Source: Candidatus Bathyarchaeia archaeon
GTDB lineage: Archaea > Thermoproteota > Bathyarchaeia > Bathyarchaeales > Bathycorpusculaceae
Length of the DNA: 59,989 nucleotides
Direction of reading: 5' to 3'
Assembly: GCA_049970895.1 (NCBI GenBank)
Contig: JBMFMB010000008.1
Coordinates: 1-59,989, forward strand
A model generated the notes under the pieces. That model ran no database searches. It worked only from the letters and a program-made list of their open reading frames with translations, and was not told where the DNA came from. Positions 58,617 to 59,989 of this stretch are shown piece by piece (positions within the stretch are counted from its first letter, which is position 1; each line of letters opens with the position of its first letter). Position numbers and translations under genes: made by a program.

Positions 58617-58782
58617 TGAAAGTTTAAATATAAGCCTTCCTGAAGAACTTTTAAGGCGTTTGGATGAGTTTTGCAAGCGCCTTAATATTCCGAGGAGCGA
58701 GTATATTGCCAAGGTTTTGGAAGAGAGGTTCGGCGAAGCCGCGGTTGTGGAGGTAAGTATCCAACTGTTCTTTGGAAGTTAA
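58617..58782 (+). pseudogene. CopG/RHH DNA-binding protein remnant
   Basis: SLNISLPEELLRRLDEFCKRLNIPRSEYIAKVLEE in the frame from 58621; no in-frame start (TAG at 58606). Confidence 0.65.
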
Positions 58783-58858
58783 GCGTTTCAGGTTATCTCA
58801 AACTTAGGTCTCCACGCTTCCGCGGCAGCCGTTAGGGAGAAGTGGGTTGTAGAGGAGG

Positions 58859-59299
58859 TTGAGGGTGAGGCTTAGCTACCCCTACGCTGATGATGGATTT
58901 ACAATGCATGGCGAGAAAATTCCAGACATCCCGATATTTGAGGCTCAAGGTTGGAAGTTTAGAGCCAGCGGTCCTTCGATAGTTGACACGGGATTCGATG
59001 GCGGCGTTTATCCTAACATGGAGATTATTAAAATGTTTAGGGGGGTTGGAGCCTAAAGCCATGGTTGTCTTTGAAAATCCCTGTTCGGCGCTTCCAATTT
59101 TGAGGTGTGTACGGCGAGGGCTTGGTTGAAAAATAGAGGGATGGAATTTGACCTTAGGGATGTTAGGGTTTACGTTCCAACAGAGCCTGAGCTCGTTACG
59201 GAAGAGGTTCTAATAGGGAGGGAGATAATTAACGATGGGTTTAAAATTTTGTCTTTGAATTCGGAGGAAAGGATGGTGTCCCTGAACTTGAGGCGTTAA
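58859..59299 (+). pseudogene. Clan AA (retropepsin-like) aspartic protease, frameshifted
   Basis: IVDTGFDGG in the first fragment, VLIGREIIN in the second; frameshifts near 59045-59085. Confidence 0.75.
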
Positions 59300-59669
59300 T
59301 GGCTTCACGTTTCACCTTTAAAATTGCTAAGCCATTCTCTTCAGCTTCTTTGATGAAGGATGGACTGTTTCTTCTAAGTTTTTCATACTCATCAACGGTA
59401 TATAAGTGAAGTTGTAATTTTTCAATGTTTAGGCTTCTGTAAATTCTTTTGTAGGCTTCATCCTTTTGTTTTCCGTTAACAACTACGAATAGGTCGATGT
59501 CGCTCGCCGCGGTCTGCCTTCCACATGCATACGACCCGAAAAGGGTTACAATTTTTATTGGAAGCTCTTTGGATAGATTCCTGAAGTTTTCCTCAAGTTT
59601 CTGAATGATTTCTTCCCTGCTAAATTTTGGATAGTAAATTTTTACAGTAGTTGACGATTTCCTCGGCAT
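59241..59669 (-). CDS. MNT nucleotidyltransferase
   Basis: LFGSYACGRQTAASDIDLFVV. Confidence 0.88.
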   Translation of the reverse strand: MPRKSSTTVKIYYPKFSREEIIQKLEENFRNLSKELPIKIVTLFGSYACGRQTAASDIDLFVVVNGKQKDEAYKRIYRSLNIEKLQLHLYTVDEYEKLRRNSPSFIKEAEENGLAILKVKREAINASSSGTPSFPPNSKTKF

Positions 59670-59694
59670 ACGATATCAGCCTCTCCGCCTCGTT
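59620..59694 (-). pseudogene. C-terminal stub of a HEPN gene
   Basis: NEAERLISYAEEIVNYCKNLLSKI* overlapping the MNT start, like the intact pair at 57348-58177. Confidence 0.65.
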
Positions 59695-59696
59695 AC

Positions 59697-59989
59697 GGCT
59701 TTGACACTCCCACGGCAAAAGCACGTGGGATTCTTGCTTCTATGGCGTTCATTGGTCTTGTTTTGGCGTTTGGGGCTTATTTCTGCTTTTTAGTATGTGA
59801 ATGCCGCTATGTTGTTTGCTAGTTCAGGTCTACCTATTTTGTGGGCTACAACTGCTACTGCCAGTATGCATGAGTAGCATATGGCAACATGCATTCGGAC
59901 TTTTGCTATTCCTCTCCATTTTAGGTTTTCCATTATGAGCTTATGCTTTCCAGCCTTGAATGCTCGCTCTACGGCCATTTTAAGCTTGT
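59697..59989 (-). mobile_element. IS element end with DDE transposase C-terminus (IS4/IS5/IS1182-like), truncated by window edge
   Basis: R-x3-ERAFK...WRGIAKVRMHV C-terminal DDE helix (stop at 59790); left boundary approximate. Confidence 0.7.

Overview
Archaeal chromosomal segment, most likely TACK group and probably Bathyarchaeia. This is inferred from an unsplit RpoB, a fused RpoA'A'', the rpoB-rpoA-L30e-nusA order, an Rpb5-like long RpoH and a tRNA with a BHB intron. From left to right it holds: a histidine kinase/response regulator pair; an nrdR-nrdD(intein)-nrdG anaerobic ribonucleotide reductase operon with tandem NrdR boxes; tldD/pmbA; rpoH; and a divergent thiolase/DUF35 cluster next to a B12 acyl-CoA mutase module whose residues (Phe89/Gln207) point to an isobutyryl-CoA-mutase type rather than methylmalonyl-CoA mutase. 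Next come an SPFH operon; a compact operon of a short, apparently hinge-less Smc5/6-like ATPase, a kleisin and a KITE protein (the best candidate for an under-described system); the RNA polymerase operon; tRNA-Leu(CAA); trm14; nadA; and a NikR-controlled putative metal-uptake operon. The variable right end (about 50-60 kb) has a PKD surface protein with a PVGG C-terminal anchor, many toxin-antitoxin modules including a HEPN-MNT fusion, pseudogenes and an IS fragment. All family calls come from motif recognition by eye; no searches were run.
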